A DNA stretch of 50,400 bases from the IMG/VR virus record IMGVR_UViG_3300007734_000718, positions 1 to 50,400 of that record; one strand, written 5' to 3'. How positions within the stretch are numbered: position 1 is the stretch's first letter; each line of letters starts with the position of its first letter. The position numbers and the translations under genes are program-made. Positions 28,686-38,340 of the stretch are shown here, piece by piece. This stretch comes from a virus (lineage: Duplodnaviria > Caudoviricetes). Under the pieces are notes generated by a model. That model had not been told where the DNA came from. It was given only the letters and a program-made list of their open reading frames with translations, and made no database searches.

Positions 28686-28857
28686 GGCGTATCGTCAGAC
28701 CGTGCGTACCCTGTACGCTGAGGGGATGAGTCTGCGGATGATTGCCGAGCAATTGGGCAAGTCGCGGCAGTCCATTCAGCAGTTATTGGCACGGATGGGG
28801 GTAGCGCGGCGTCCCCGTGGCGGCAATCAAGGGGCACACTCCCGCCATCGCCGCTGA
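28660..28857 (+). CDS. HTH DNA-binding protein
   Basis: 'LYAEGMSLRMIAEQLGKSRQSIQQLL'. Confidence 0.8.
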   Translation: MRQSRTPSEAYRQTVRTLYAEGMSLRMIAEQLGKSRQSIQQLLARMGVARRPRGGNQGAHSRHRR

Positions 28858-29585
28858 TGCCGAACCTGTGCATCATCCCGTTTCGGGCGCTGGAGGATGG
28901 CACAATGACTCCCGCGCAACTGCGTGTGTTGTGCGCGATTGGCGCACATACGGACAGGTTTGGGGCAGGGGTGTGGGCAAGCGCCCAAACGCTCGCAGAT
29001 GAGGCGCGGTGCGAACGCTCGACGTTCTTTCGGGCGGCGACCTATTTGGAAAAGATGGGATTTGTGTCGCGGACGGCGCGGTGGTCGGAGACAGACGGGC
29101 ACCAGTTGACCAGTATGTATCGGGTGTTGCTGGACGCCCCCACAAGCGACGGGGGGAGTCGCATAGCTATGCGACGGGGGGGTCGCAAAGCTGTGCCACC
29201 CAAACGACTCAGTGAACGACTCCCAACAGCAATTGCGCCAGACCATCAAGCGGTGGTGCGCGAGTGTTGGGATGCGTACCCGCCGCGCAGTGAGCCGCAC
29301 CATTGGCTGTCGGCGCAGACGGCGATTGTCGCCGTCCTTCGGGCGGGGGAATCCCCGACGAATCTGGTGTGGGCGGCGAAAGGCTATGCCGCCTATTGCG
29401 ACACTGAGGGCAACACGGGCACCAAGTTTGTGCGGTCAATTGCACGGTTTTATGCCGAGGATTTTTGGAAGGGCTATGCGATTGTGCGCGTGTACGGACG
29501 CACCCGCGACGAATGGGCGCGGTCAGGGCAGGACGTAGCAGAGTTTGACCGACTATCCACCACGACAGGAGCTACCGATGACTGA
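28857..29585 (+). CDS. Winged-HTH replication initiator-like protein
   Basis: 'WASAQTLADEARCERSTFFRAATYLEKMGFV' (HTH_36-like); C-terminal 'WDAYPPR' and 'KFVRSIARF', as in phage replisome organisers. Confidence 0.7.
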   Translation: MPNLCIIPFRALEDGTMTPAQLRVLCAIGAHTDRFGAGVWASAQTLADEARCERSTFFRAATYLEKMGFVSRTARWSETDGHQLTSMYRVLLDAPTSDGGSRIAMRRGGRKAVPPKRLSERLPTAIAPDHQAVVRECWDAYPPRSEPHHWLSAQTAIVAVLRAGESPTNLVWAAKGYAAYCDTEGNTGTKFVRSIARFYAEDFWKGYAIVRVYGRTRDEWARSGQDVAEFDRLSTTTGATDD

Positions 29586-29952
29586 TTTAGAAGAAACGTG
29601 GGAAAACCCACAGGGGGACATCCCCGCCGAGTTGCCCGTGCAAAAGCCCCGCCGCAGAACCTACAACTGGCGGGAGTTAGAGTTGAGCAAGGCGTATCTG
29701 TACGATGCGCGAGCGGAAAATGACAGGCTGTTGGTGGAGTTAGCCGAGGCACGACGGCAGATTGTGAATCAAACACGGATGGCGCAGGGGGAGTACGAAA
29801 CGGCAGAACACGCCATTGCCGAAATGTTTTCTGCCAAATCCGAGCTGGCTGACCGTGCGCGGGGCACCGTGATTGCGTATGCGTTGCTGGGGATGGGCAG
29901 TATTGTGGCGTGGGAGATGGTGTGGAGCATTGCGCGGTGGTTTCACGGATGA
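29578..29952 (+). CDS. Hypothetical coiled-coil protein with C-terminal TM
   Basis: AGGAG RBS; coupled overlaps. Confidence 0.6.
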   Translation: MTDLEETWENPQGDIPAELPVQKPRRRTYNWRELELSKAYLYDARAENDRLLVELAEARRQIVNQTRMAQGEYETAEHAIAEMFSAKSELADRARGTVIAYALLGMGSIVAWEMVWSIARWFHG

Positions 29953-30449
29953 CATACCCCGTCGTGATGCTCGGTGCGGGAGAAGTGGCAGTTGCCGCTG
30001 TCGTGGCAAGTCTGCGACAAGCCGTCAATCGGGAGGCGGGGGTTGCGAATCGCAAGGCTGGCACACAGGATGTAATGACAACCGAACTGGTTGGGCTGTA
30101 CGGCGAAATTGCATTCGCACGATGGGCGAACCTGTACCCCGACCTGCGGGTGCATCTGCGAACGGGGTCTGCGGATGCGGTCTGGCGCGGCTGTCGCATT
30201 GATGTCAAAGGCACCCGCGCCGTGGGTGGGCATTTGTGGGTTGATGAACGGTCGGTCAGAAAGGGCGATGCCGACGTGTATGTACTCGCGCACGTCAACT
30301 ACGCCACCGTCACATTGGTAGGCTGGTGCTACGCGCACGACATTCCCCGTCTGGGGGTCGCGCTTCCTATCCGCAAAGTGTATCGTGTTCCACCCGATAC
30401 CCTACGTCCGATGCAGGACGTTCCTGTGAACATTACTCCAGAGACATAA
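29949..30449 (+). CDS. Putative PD-(D/E)XK nuclease-fold protein
   Basis: 'GEIAFA...D......IDVKGT' pattern. Confidence 0.55.
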   Translation: MTYPVVMLGAGEVAVAAVVASLRQAVNREAGVANRKAGTQDVMTTELVGLYGEIAFARWANLYPDLRVHLRTGSADAVWRGCRIDVKGTRAVGGHLWVDERSVRKGDADVYVLAHVNYATVTLVGWCYAHDIPRLGVALPIRKVYRVPPDTLRPMQDVPVNITPET

Positions 30450-30451
30450 CA

Positions 30452-30703
30452 ATGCGTATTTACACGGCTGAACAACGCGCACGGGCACTCGCACACGTCA
30501 ACGAGACGGTTATTGCCGCACTGCCCCGCAGTCCCCGCGATACCGAAGGCGCGGGGCGGGTCAATGTGCTGGTTGCCGCTCGCACGGATACCCAGCGCGG
30601 GATAGACGAATACCGCCACCGGCGCACGAAGGTGCTGGCAGAGGCTCGCAGTCTGTCCACGGAAATTCGTGCGCTGACCCGCATTCAACAGGCGGCGCTA
30701 TGA
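30452..30703 (+). CDS. Hypothetical protein
   Basis: In operon; ATGA overlap with the next gene. Confidence 0.55.
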   Translation: MRIYTAEQRARALAHVNETVIAALPRSPRDTEGAGRVNVLVAARTDTQRGIDEYRHRRTKVLAEARSLSTEIRALTRIQQAAL

Positions 30704-30915
30704 CCGCCGACCGCGAACTGTCTGTGCTGATGGCGTGGCTGGAACGCTACCCCGCGACCGTCGCGCCGCCGAACCCGCACAACGAGTTGTGGTGGGTGTC
30801 TGGTGGGCAGTTTATAGGGGCTGGGGACAATCCCATCGCCGCCCTGCGGATGTATCGCAAGGCGATGATGGCACACCGCCGCCGTAAAGCCGCGCCGACT
30901 GACGGTGCGGTATGA
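30700..30915 (+). CDS. Hypothetical protein
   Basis: Coupled overlaps at both ends. Confidence 0.55.
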   Translation: MTADRELSVLMAWLERYPATVAPPNPHNELWWVSGGQFIGAGDNPIAALRMYRKAMMAHRRRKAAPTDGAV

Positions 30916-32654
30916 ACGGAATGGATGCGCGGGGCGTATTGGCGGCGGCGTTGTTTCGCAGTAGCCGCAAGCCCAAGAAGTCGGGCAAGTCGATTGCGTT
31001 TTGCTGTCCCCGTCACGCTGACTCGCACGGGTCGGCGTGGCTGGGGGAGTATCAATGGGGATGCAGTGCGTGTGGATTCACCGAGCATTTTGACACGCTG
31101 GCAGATGCGCTTGGCGTGGCGTTGCCCGACGACGCGACGGCGACCAAGAAAGGGCTGACCGTCGCAGAGTACGCCGCGCGGAAGGGTCTGCGACTCGACA
31201 CGTTGGCGGCGGCAGGGGTGCGGGATGCGGTCGGCAAGTACGGCGATGCGATTATTGAAATGCCGTATCGGGATGCAACGGGCGCAGTGGTTCGCACAAA
31301 AGTTCGCACTCGCACGGGCACGTTTTGGTTGCGGGATGGCGAGGGAACGCCGCTCTACGGGCAGGACATTCTTGCACAAAGCCAGCGCCCTGTGTTGATT
31401 GTCGAAGGCGAATCCGACTGTCACGCTGGTTGGGAGCGCGGGCTGTGCGTGGTCGGGCTTCCCGGTGCGTCGCAGTGGCGCACGGAGTATGCGAGTCTGC
31501 TAACAGGTCGCACCGTGTATGTGTGGCAGGAGCCAGACGAAGGTGGGGCGACACTGGTTGCCGCTGTTGCCAAAGACGTACCGAAGGCGCGGGTGATTAG
31601 CGAGGTGATGCATCGCGGCGATGTGGTGAAGGATTTGTGCGACTTGCATCAGCGCATTCAAGCCGACGAGGATTTTGCAGACGTGTGGCAGGGCATTACC
31701 GACTCTGCGACACCGATTGGCGCGGAAGGCCCGACGGTGGTGTTTGATAGCATCAGCGGTTCGACGCTGGTGCAAATGCTCGATGAAAAACTGGCTCCGA
31801 TTGACGCTGTGCCGACGATGTTGCCGCAATGGAATACGCTGTGCCGTGGCGGGGGCGGGGGTGTGGGGCTGGCACGGGGCTGGATGATTACGATTGGCGC
31901 AAATACGGGCACCGGCAAGTCGTTGATTGGGTTGAATCTGGCACGGTCTGCGATTGAGCACGGCGAGGTTGTGACGTTTCTGTCGCTGGAGATGGGGCGC
32001 AGTGAGTTGGGCACCCGCTTGCTGGCGATTGCGAGCGGGGTGCCCGTCAACAAGCTGGAGCAGGGGCCGATGTTTGACCGTGCGAGTTACGACCGTGCCG
32101 CCGAGAGTCTCGACAACATTCGCAGTCGCACAGGGGGGCACGTTTTGGTCAACCGCCGCCCGTTGTCGAAGCTTGCAGACGTAGCAAACTGCATCAAATT
32201 CTACGCCGAGAATCACGGGTCGAAATACTTCGTGATGGACTACTTGCAGTTGGCGGCAACGGCAAACGCGCATAGCATCTACGACCGGATTGAGTTAGTC
32301 GCGCATAAAATCCGCGACTTGACGCAGACGCACAATATCACAATGGTCGCGCTGTCGCAGTTCAATCGGCAGACGAGCGCGGCGCGCATCGAACGTCCGG
32401 TGTCGCAGGGATTGATGGGCGGGTCTGCGATTGAGAACGATTCGCACCAAGTGTTGCTGTTTGACCACTCGCGGTTTAGTCGCAGTGGCACAACTGCCGA
32501 TACGTGGTTGATTGTTGACAAGAATCGCCACGGCGGGGTCGCAGACATTCCCGTGCGGTGGGATTTTGAGTGTCTGCGACTGTTGCCGCGCTTGCCCACG
32601 ATTGACGAGAGCGAGAAAATCCACGGCGCGTTGACGCGCAAGGGTCGGATGTAA
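30912..32654 (+). CDS. Primase-helicase (Zn finger + TOPRIM + DnaB-like SF4 helicase)
   Basis: CPRHAD...CSAC, 'IVEGESD', Walker A 'GANTGTGKS', 'MDYLQL', 'LSQFNR', 'KNRHG'. Confidence 0.9.
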   Translation: MNGMDARGVLAAALFRSSRKPKKSGKSIAFCCPRHADSHGSAWLGEYQWGCSACGFTEHFDTLADALGVALPDDATATKKGLTVAEYAARKGLRLDTLAAAGVRDAVGKYGDAIIEMPYRDATGAVVRTKVRTRTGTFWLRDGEGTPLYGQDILAQSQRPVLIVEGESDCHAGWERGLCVVGLPGASQWRTEYASLLTGRTVYVWQEPDEGGATLVAAVAKDVPKARVISEVMHRGDVVKDLCDLHQRIQADEDFADVWQGITDSATPIGAEGPTVVFDSISGSTLVQMLDEKLAPIDAVPTMLPQWNTLCRGGGGGVGLARGWMITIGANTGTGKSLIGLNLARSAIEHGEVVTFLSLEMGRSELGTRLLAIASGVPVNKLEQGPMFDRASYDRAAESLDNIRSRTGGHVLVNRRPLSKLADVANCIKFYAENHGSKYFVMDYLQLAATANAHSIYDRIELVAHKIRDLTQTHNITMVALSQFNRQTSAARIERPVSQGLMGGSAIENDSHQVLLFDHSRFSRSGTTADTWLIVDKNRHGGVADIPVRWDFECLRLLPRLPTIDESEKIHGALTRKGRM

Positions 32655-33127
32655 TGACAGACGTGTTGCGATTTACGGTGCCGTGGTCGGCGTTGTGTTC
32701 GGACAACCGCAAGTTTTTATCAGGCAAGTTCATTTTGACCAACGAATATCGCGCCAGCAAGCAGGCGCTCGCAGACTTTTCTGCAAAAGCCGCACGAAAA
32801 CACAAGTGGAAACAGGCGACGTGCGCGCTGGCGTTGCGGGTCACCGTCTGCGAACCCGACCGTCGCAAACGCGACCTGAACTGGTCAAAAAACCTGAAGG
32901 ACGGCATCACGCTAGGCGAAAAGGTGTGGTGGGACGACTGCCAAGTGCGGGACGAGCACTGGCGGTTCGCAGACTGCGACGACGACCGGCTGTCGCTCGC
33001 AGACTGCGGCGTCCTGCAAGACGGCGGAGCTTTTGTCGAAGTGTGGGCGATTGGAAATGCGCCCGTGACTCCTAAACGTCGGCGCGTTCGCACAAAAGCC
33101 ATTGCCCTAGAGTCTGCGACCGATTAG
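32654..33127 (+). CDS. RusA-like Holliday junction resolvase
   Basis: 'PDRRKRDLN..KNLKDGI....WWDDCQV' matches the RusA acidic catalytic pattern. Confidence 0.75.
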   Translation: MTDVLRFTVPWSALCSDNRKFLSGKFILTNEYRASKQALADFSAKAARKHKWKQATCALALRVTVCEPDRRKRDLNWSKNLKDGITLGEKVWWDDCQVRDEHWRFADCDDDRLSLADCGVLQDGGAFVEVWAIGNAPVTPKRRRVRTKAIALESATD

Positions 33128-33257
33128 CTTTCGGGTGCCCTGTGGTGGGGCGTTCGTCTCTCTGGCACACGACCTCGGCGCTCGCGTCGGGGTCGCTGTG
33201 TTTGCAGACGCACAAAAGCCCCGCCTTCTGCCAAGTGGCAGACGACGGGGCAATGTG

Positions 33258-33638
33258 CTAGGACTGCGACAATCTGCGCTTGGCGTACATACGCTTGAGC
33301 TTGGCACTGCGTTGCAACTGCGATTTGCGGTCGTGGTATTTGCGCTGGGTTACCGTGCGAGCCAATCGTTGCTCGCGCTTGGCAACAATCGTCGCGGCGC
33401 GCTTGGCTTGCACGTCTGCGCGCTGTGCCGCTTCGGTCGCGGCGGCGGTGCGCGTAACGCGTTCCACAATATCGGCAATATCAATAAACGCCGCCGCCGA
33501 TAACGTGCCGTGCGGATACTGTGGATAGAAACCGTGCGCCTGTGCAACCGCCGCGTTCGCAGACTCTGCGGCGAGCTTGGCAATCAGGCGCGGCAGGTGC
33601 GGGAGCGGGGGCGCGTAGGTGATGTGATAGTTTGGCAC
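33258..33638 (-). CDS. Hypothetical basic protein
   Basis: GTG start after a GGGGGACTGACG junction. Confidence 0.6.
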   Translation of the reverse strand: MPNYHITYAPPLPHLPRLIAKLAAESANAAVAQAHGFYPQYPHGTLSAAAFIDIADIVERVTRTAAATEAAQRADVQAKRAATIVAKREQRLARTVTQRKYHDRKSQLQRSAKLKRMYAKRRLSQS

Positions 33639-33640
33639 CG

Positions 33641-34006
33641 TCAGTCCCCCGTCTGGTCAGAAAGTTCATTGCCCGTCGGGAAGCAATCGACGTTTGGCTC
33701 TGCAAGCACGGCGCGGTAATAGTTCCGCTTGCACTCCCATTGCCGCGTTTGCCGTTCGCGTTGGCGGGGCGCTATCCACTCGTTCCAATCGGCGGCTTCC
33801 TCGGCACGGCTTGCGTCGAGTGACGCAACCATTTGTTTGATTTCGCGTGTACAGTGGTCGATATAATCGCGGCGGCGTGTGCGCTCGCGGGTGCTTTCTG
33901 CAAACTCATTTTTGTAGTCGGCGGCAATCGCGGCGCGCGCGGCTTCGTATGCGGCGGTCAGTTCTTGTGCTTTGGCGCGAGCGGTTAGGGCGGCAATAGT
34001 AAGCAT
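33641..34006 (-). CDS. Hypothetical protein
   Basis: GGAGG RBS inside the repeated junction. Confidence 0.65.
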   Translation of the reverse strand: MLTIAALTARAKAQELTAAYEAARAAIAADYKNEFAESTRERTRRRDYIDHCTREIKQMVASLDASRAEEAADWNEWIAPRQRERQTRQWECKRNYYRAVLAEPNVDCFPTGNELSDQTGD

Positions 34007-34216
34007 CGGTCAGTCCTCCTGTGCGGAAGCCACAGCTTTTTTTGCGGCGTGTAACGCTTGCCGCGCCAAAAGGAGCGGACGCGCAATTTCATAGTGCGCT
34101 TTTGTGTTCTGTTTTCCTGCGGCAAAAAACGTCTGATTTTGCTCACTCAGCGCCGCAATTTGCGCTTCCAGTTCTGCAATCGTCGCAGTGTTTGGTGTCG
34201 GCATCGGTCAGTCCTC
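34003..34216 (-). repeat. 16-bp direct repeat GCATCGGTCAGTCCTC (34003-34018, 34201-34216) at gene junctions
   Basis: On - reads GAGGAC-TGA-CCG-ATGC, i.e. RBS + stop + start; variant at 33635-33649. Confidence 0.8.
34010..34204 (-). CDS. Hypothetical protein
   Basis: GAGG RBS; flanked by 16-bp direct repeats. Confidence 0.65.
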   Translation of the reverse strand: MPTPNTATIAELEAQIAALSEQNQTFFAAGKQNTKAHYEIARPLLLARQALHAAKKAVASAQED

Positions 34217-34357
34217 TGTGTCGGTGTCGTCGTGGCAGATATGCGCGGGTGTCGGCGCGGCGGTCGCGGTGGCAAGGGCAAGTTCGTACTGTGTCCACTG
34301 CGCGGGGGTCACGGTGCGAAGGTTGAGCGCGGGAAGAACGGTTGCAGTGCTAGTCAT
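34208..34357 (-). CDS. Small hypothetical protein (49 aa)
   Basis: ATG at 34357 preceded by a CAGCGAGG leader like those of neighbouring genes. Confidence 0.5.
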   Translation of the reverse strand: MTSTATVLPALNLRTVTPAQWTQYELALATATAAPTPAHICHDDTDTED

Positions 34358-34413
34358 TTGGTGCCTCGCTGTGGTGGTAGGGGCGGCGGGAGTGCCGCCC
34401 CTGTGGGGGTCTG

Positions 34414-36078
34414 CTAGTGGCTCACAATGTACTGCACAATCGCGGTCGCAAGTTCCTCGCCGCTCGCCGCCATTATTGCGCGGGAAAAATACTTGGTCAG
34501 TGCATCGCGCACAATCTTTGCAGAGTAGTCCGTGTTCGGGGTCACGGTGCATCCGATAAGGTCAACGCCCTGCGACCGCCAGTGCCCAGCGTTCACGTCC
34601 CCATCGGTCAACTGTCCGTCCGTGTAAATAAGCACGGTGTCGGCGGCGAGTAGATTTGGCTTCCACTTGGTCAGGGTGCGGTCAATACTTTCGCACCCTT
34701 CGCTACACGCGAACCGCCCGAACAAGCGCGCCGGAAATGCGCGCGGCACTTTCGCAGAGCGGTGACCGCCCGTCAAAATAATATCAACATCCACCACGCC
34801 GCGCTGTGCGAGCGTCTGCAAGGCGGCGGCGAAGACTGCGCCGTGCTCGCGCCAGTCGTGCGACATCGACCCGCTCTGGTCGAAGATGGCAACGATGCGG
34901 CGCTTGCCGTGTGTCGCAGTCGGAGTGCGGAATGCCATTGGCTCCCCAAGCACCGCATTCAACGGCACCACGCGCGCGCCGCTCTGTGCGAGTCGTTGGC
35001 GCGGCGAGTCCACGGCACCCAGCAACCGCGCCAGTCGCCCTGCCACGTTCGCAATGCGGCGGGTGTCTAGTTCGTAGTACCCAGCGATGCGTTCGGTGTC
35101 TGCACCGACTGCGGCAGAGCACCCGAAGCGGTCGCGGAAGTCGTCGTCGGACAGCGTGACACAGTTCGTGCCGCCCTGCAAGAACCCGCCCAGTGACGCA
35201 AGTTCGTACGTGGGCAGACTGCCGATTTCGGCAGTGGTGAACGTGCCCGTGTACGCGGTGGGCGCGGTGATTTTTCCAGCGCCCGTGTTGTTGGGACTGT
35301 AACCGCACCCGCTACTTGTGATGCCGAGCTCTTCGGGCGTCTTGGCTTCGGGAAACGTCGCGACCCAGTCCACGCAGAGCGCGAGCGCGTCCAACGTCGT
35401 CGGCGCGGCGATAACTTCGCGGTAGAATGCGTCGATAACTTCTGCCGTCCGTGTCGCAGACTCTGCGACGCCGCCGCGCAGTCGTTGCACGGTTGCCGCG
35501 CCGCTCCAGCGGCACCGATAGGGTGAATATACGGTGCTTGCTTCGCGCTTGATGCGGTCAAAAAATAACTCGGCAGGGTGTGCCGTTTCTTCGCGTAACT
35601 TATTCCAACGATACCAATCGAACGGTACCTTCTCTGCCACGCGCGCGCCGTGCTCAATGCGCGCGTCTTCGAAGATATTCAAGAGCGAAAACGGCACTGC
35701 CGCCAGCGCGACTTCTTCGCGAATCTTGGCAAAATCGCGCTCGGTCAACTCGCCGTGCCAACGCTCGTGCCGAATCATTGCCGTGCCGTAGGCGATATAG
35801 GCGCGCCGACTGTGCGCGGAGCGCGCCTTGCGGCTCACGGTGTCGGTATAGTTCGGGTCAAGAGTGATGCGGTGGCACTTTGCGGCAGTGTCCCACGTCC
35901 ACGCCGCCGTACCGCCGCACGGCTCTGCGGCAAGCATACACGGTGCGGCGGTGCTTGCTACCAGCAAGGTCACGTGTCCATCGGCGCGCTTCGCCTTGCG
36001 GAGCACGGCAGTCGTGAGCGGAAGCACCGTGCGCGCGCGCTTGGGTGCGGGTGTAGGTGTAACGGTTGGTGCGGTCAT
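34414..36078 (-). CDS. CobT-like metallopeptidase-VWA protein
   Basis: HExxH 'RHERWH', 'NIFEDARIE', MIDAS 'DQSGSM' ... 'YTDG'. Confidence 0.85.
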   Translation of the reverse strand: MTAPTVTPTPAPKRARTVLPLTTAVLRKAKRADGHVTLLVASTAAPCMLAAEPCGGTAAWTWDTAAKCHRITLDPNYTDTVSRKARSAHSRRAYIAYGTAMIRHERWHGELTERDFAKIREEVALAAVPFSLLNIFEDARIEHGARVAEKVPFDWYRWNKLREETAHPAELFFDRIKREASTVYSPYRCRWSGAATVQRLRGGVAESATRTAEVIDAFYREVIAAPTTLDALALCVDWVATFPEAKTPEELGITSSGCGYSPNNTGAGKITAPTAYTGTFTTAEIGSLPTYELASLGGFLQGGTNCVTLSDDDFRDRFGCSAAVGADTERIAGYYELDTRRIANVAGRLARLLGAVDSPRQRLAQSGARVVPLNAVLGEPMAFRTPTATHGKRRIVAIFDQSGSMSHDWREHGAVFAAALQTLAQRGVVDVDIILTGGHRSAKVPRAFPARLFGRFACSEGCESIDRTLTKWKPNLLAADTVLIYTDGQLTDGDVNAGHWRSQGVDLIGCTVTPNTDYSAKIVRDALTKYFSRAIMAASGEELATAIVQYIVSH

Positions 36079-36116
36079 TTCGTCTCTCGCTGTGTATGTG
36101 GTGGGTGTGTGATGCG

Positions 36117-37622
36117 TTAGATAGCGCGGAGTAGTGCCGCCCACGGCTCGCAGGCTTTCGCAGACTGCGGGTCGGTGTCGCCTGTGTCGGCATTCCAGTG
36201 CGCGCAGTTATCGGTGAGTCGCTCTGCGATTTTCTGCGCCGTGTCTGCGGCGGTGCCGTTACTGCGAGCGGCGGCGCGTTCGACGGTGCGAATATCGACG
36301 GCGAAGCGCACCGCGCCGCTTGCCATTTGCTTCCGGCTCTCGGCAATCACGTTGCCGACACACTGTGCCAGCACGTTGCCTGTGTCTGTGACGCCCTGTG
36401 CGGCGAGCACGGCGGCGGCGACACTCGCCGCGATTTTCGGCGTAAACTCGAATCGCACCGTTTCCCAGCGTGACCAAAACGCTTCAATAATCGGCGCAAT
36501 GCCCAGATTTGTCGCGCCGACAATGTGCAGGTGTTCCACGGCGCACGACACGACTTCTAGGTTACCATCGGCACCGACTCTGCGCGTTCGCAGGTAGTAG
36601 CGCCCGTCTCTCGGCACCAAGAATGCCAGCAGAAACTCCATCGGCGTTTGCCCAAGTCGCAAAACTTCATCTAAGAATAACAGCACCGTTTTTTCGTCGC
36701 TCGCGGCGCGCACGGCTTGCGTTAGTACGCCATCAATGCCCGTCCACCCGCCGTGCCCGTCCGGGAGCACCGACCCCAGCATTGTTGCCACTTCGTCCAT
36801 ATCGTTACTGCAGTTATGCTCCAAATACACGTCATAGTTTGCGGCAAACTTTCGCACCGCATACGACTTGCCGAGTGACGGCGGCGATGCGAGCAATAGA
36901 TTCCCTGCGGATGGCACACCCGCCGTGTACCAGCCTGCCAGCGCGTCTGCGATAGGCGAGCCAGTCGCCGCTGGGACTCCCAGCGCGGCGCGCACGGCGC
37001 GCTTCGTGGCGGGTGTCGCCGTGTCTAAAATATCGAGCGCGGTGTGCAACGTGTCTGCGAGTGTCGCGACCGTCTCGCCTAACGGGTGCAGAGACGTAGC
37101 GGTTACGTCCTCTGCAATTTCGCGCACTTGTTCGGCGGTGAGTCCACCGCCGCGCAAAATATCGAGCAGTGCGCGCTCGCGGTCGTTCGTGTCCAGCGGT
37201 GCAACGGGCGTGATACGTGTCACGGTGTCCCCTGTGGTGGTGGGTGTAGTGGTGGGTGTTTCGTCGGTGTCGCTCGCAGACTCTGCCGCAGACTCGCTTG
37301 CAGACTCTGCGACTGCGGCGGTGGTGGTCGTGGTGCGCGCGGCGGGGCCGTGCCCTCGCCGTTCGTCGTGTCCTCGCACAAACGGCTTGCCGCGCACAAC
37401 GGTGATATCCGCGGCGCGTACTTTTGCTTCGACGGCGGCGCTCCCAGCGTGCAAAATGAGGCATTCATAGTCGCCGTCTCCCCATATGCCAGTAATATCG
37501 GCATATTCGTTCGTGACGGTGTGCAACGAATATGCTGGTGCTGGTGGTGTGTCGCTCCCAGTGTCATTCCGCGTCACGGTGCCTGTGACCAGCACCCGCT
37601 GTCCTACTCGTAACTGTGCCAT
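36117..37622 (-). CDS. MoxR/CobS-type AAA+ ATPase
   Basis: Walker A variant 'SPPSLGKS', Walker B 'LFLDEVLR', 'GATN', 'EAFWSRW'; adjacent to a VWA partner. Start moved to 37622. Confidence 0.85.
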   Translation of the reverse strand: MAQLRVGQRVLVTGTVTRNDTGSDTPPAPAYSLHTVTNEYADITGIWGDGDYECLILHAGSAAVEAKVRAADITVVRGKPFVRGHDERRGHGPAARTTTTTAAVAESASESAAESASDTDETPTTTPTTTGDTVTRITPVAPLDTNDRERALLDILRGGGLTAEQVREIAEDVTATSLHPLGETVATLADTLHTALDILDTATPATKRAVRAALGVPAATGSPIADALAGWYTAGVPSAGNLLLASPPSLGKSYAVRKFAANYDVYLEHNCSNDMDEVATMLGSVLPDGHGGWTGIDGVLTQAVRAASDEKTVLLFLDEVLRLGQTPMEFLLAFLVPRDGRYYLRTRRVGADGNLEVVSCAVEHLHIVGATNLGIAPIIEAFWSRWETVRFEFTPKIAASVAAAVLAAQGVTDTGNVLAQCVGNVIAESRKQMASGAVRFAVDIRTVERAAARSNGTAADTAQKIAERLTDNCAHWNADTGDTDPQSAKACEPWAALLRAI

Positions 37623-37762
37623 TGTTCGTCTCTCGCTGTGTAAGGTGTGTGTGGTGTGTGTGGTGTGCGGGTGGTGCATTTTCGCACTGCGGCGACACCC
37701 GTTTATGGGCTGTCTCATTTCAGGATATCCGCGCCGTCTCGCTCCCCGTTTGCTATCACAGG

Positions 37763-37919
37763 GCACCGTGGCTAGGACGTACCTAGCAGACGATGTAGAC
37801 GGCTCGCGCCTCTCGCAGTGGTGTTCGCCGTTCGCACTCTGTGGAGCCGTCCTCGGCTACCAGTCGCTCTCTGTGTCCGTTCATCCCATACGGGCGGCGG
37901 CGCTGGTTGCACACGGTGC
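37763..37919 (-). ncRNA. Candidate structured RNA / leader
   Basis: Nested complementary pairs: GCACCGTG/CACGGTGC closing stem enclosing GCTAGG/CCTAGC, GACGGCTC/GAGCCGTC and ACCAG/CTGGT. Confidence 0.4.
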
Positions 37920-38000
37920 GTGAACTCGGCAAACGATTGTCAAACAGCGTGATACGGTGCTCGTCCTACTGAGTGTAAATATGGGGGATGTTGCATTGTA

Positions 38001-38104
38001 GCGCAAATCGAAAACCCGAACAAAACCCGAACCTTTGATTAGTTTTCGATTACGGTTATTTTGCCGCGTGTTCGGCATTTGTTCGGGTTTGGGGGGATTT
38101 GCGC
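38001..38104. repeat. ~100-bp imperfect inverted repeat with AT-rich centre
   Basis: GCGCAAATC + AAACCCGAACAAAACCCGAAC ... GTTCGGCATTTGTTCGGGTTT + GATTTGCGC. Confidence 0.75.
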
Positions 38105-38143
38105 CCATATAATGATTGTCGGTTGAACGTATCCCCGAAAACG

Positions 38144-38277
38144 CCAAGTCGTTGAACCACAAGCGCTTGGGACGCTTGGGCTTTGCTGGCGTTCTGCGGC
38201 ACCGCCACGAGGCGCAAACCATTTTGGGCGGTATCGGTGCCTTGAAACGCTAAGTCGTTGCGGCACAACAACTTAGC
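38144..38277. promoter_or_regulatory. Two palindromic AAGTCGTTG-N5-CAA....TT sites (IHF-like half sites)
   Basis: CCAAGTCGTTGAACCACAAGCGCTTGG (38144-38170) and GCTAAGTCGTTGCGGCACAACAACTTAGC (38249-38277). Each half fits CAANNNNTTR. Confidence 0.55.
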
Positions 38278-38340
38278 TAAAACGCTACAGGGGCTATAAT
38301 CGCCTCCTGCGAATCCGTACAAAGTTACTCGGGATTCCCC

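Noticed and set aside
37678-37725. Hammerhead ribozyme (minus strand CTGAAATGAG...GAAA)
   Set aside because: The core does not match CUGANGA and I could not build the three required stems.
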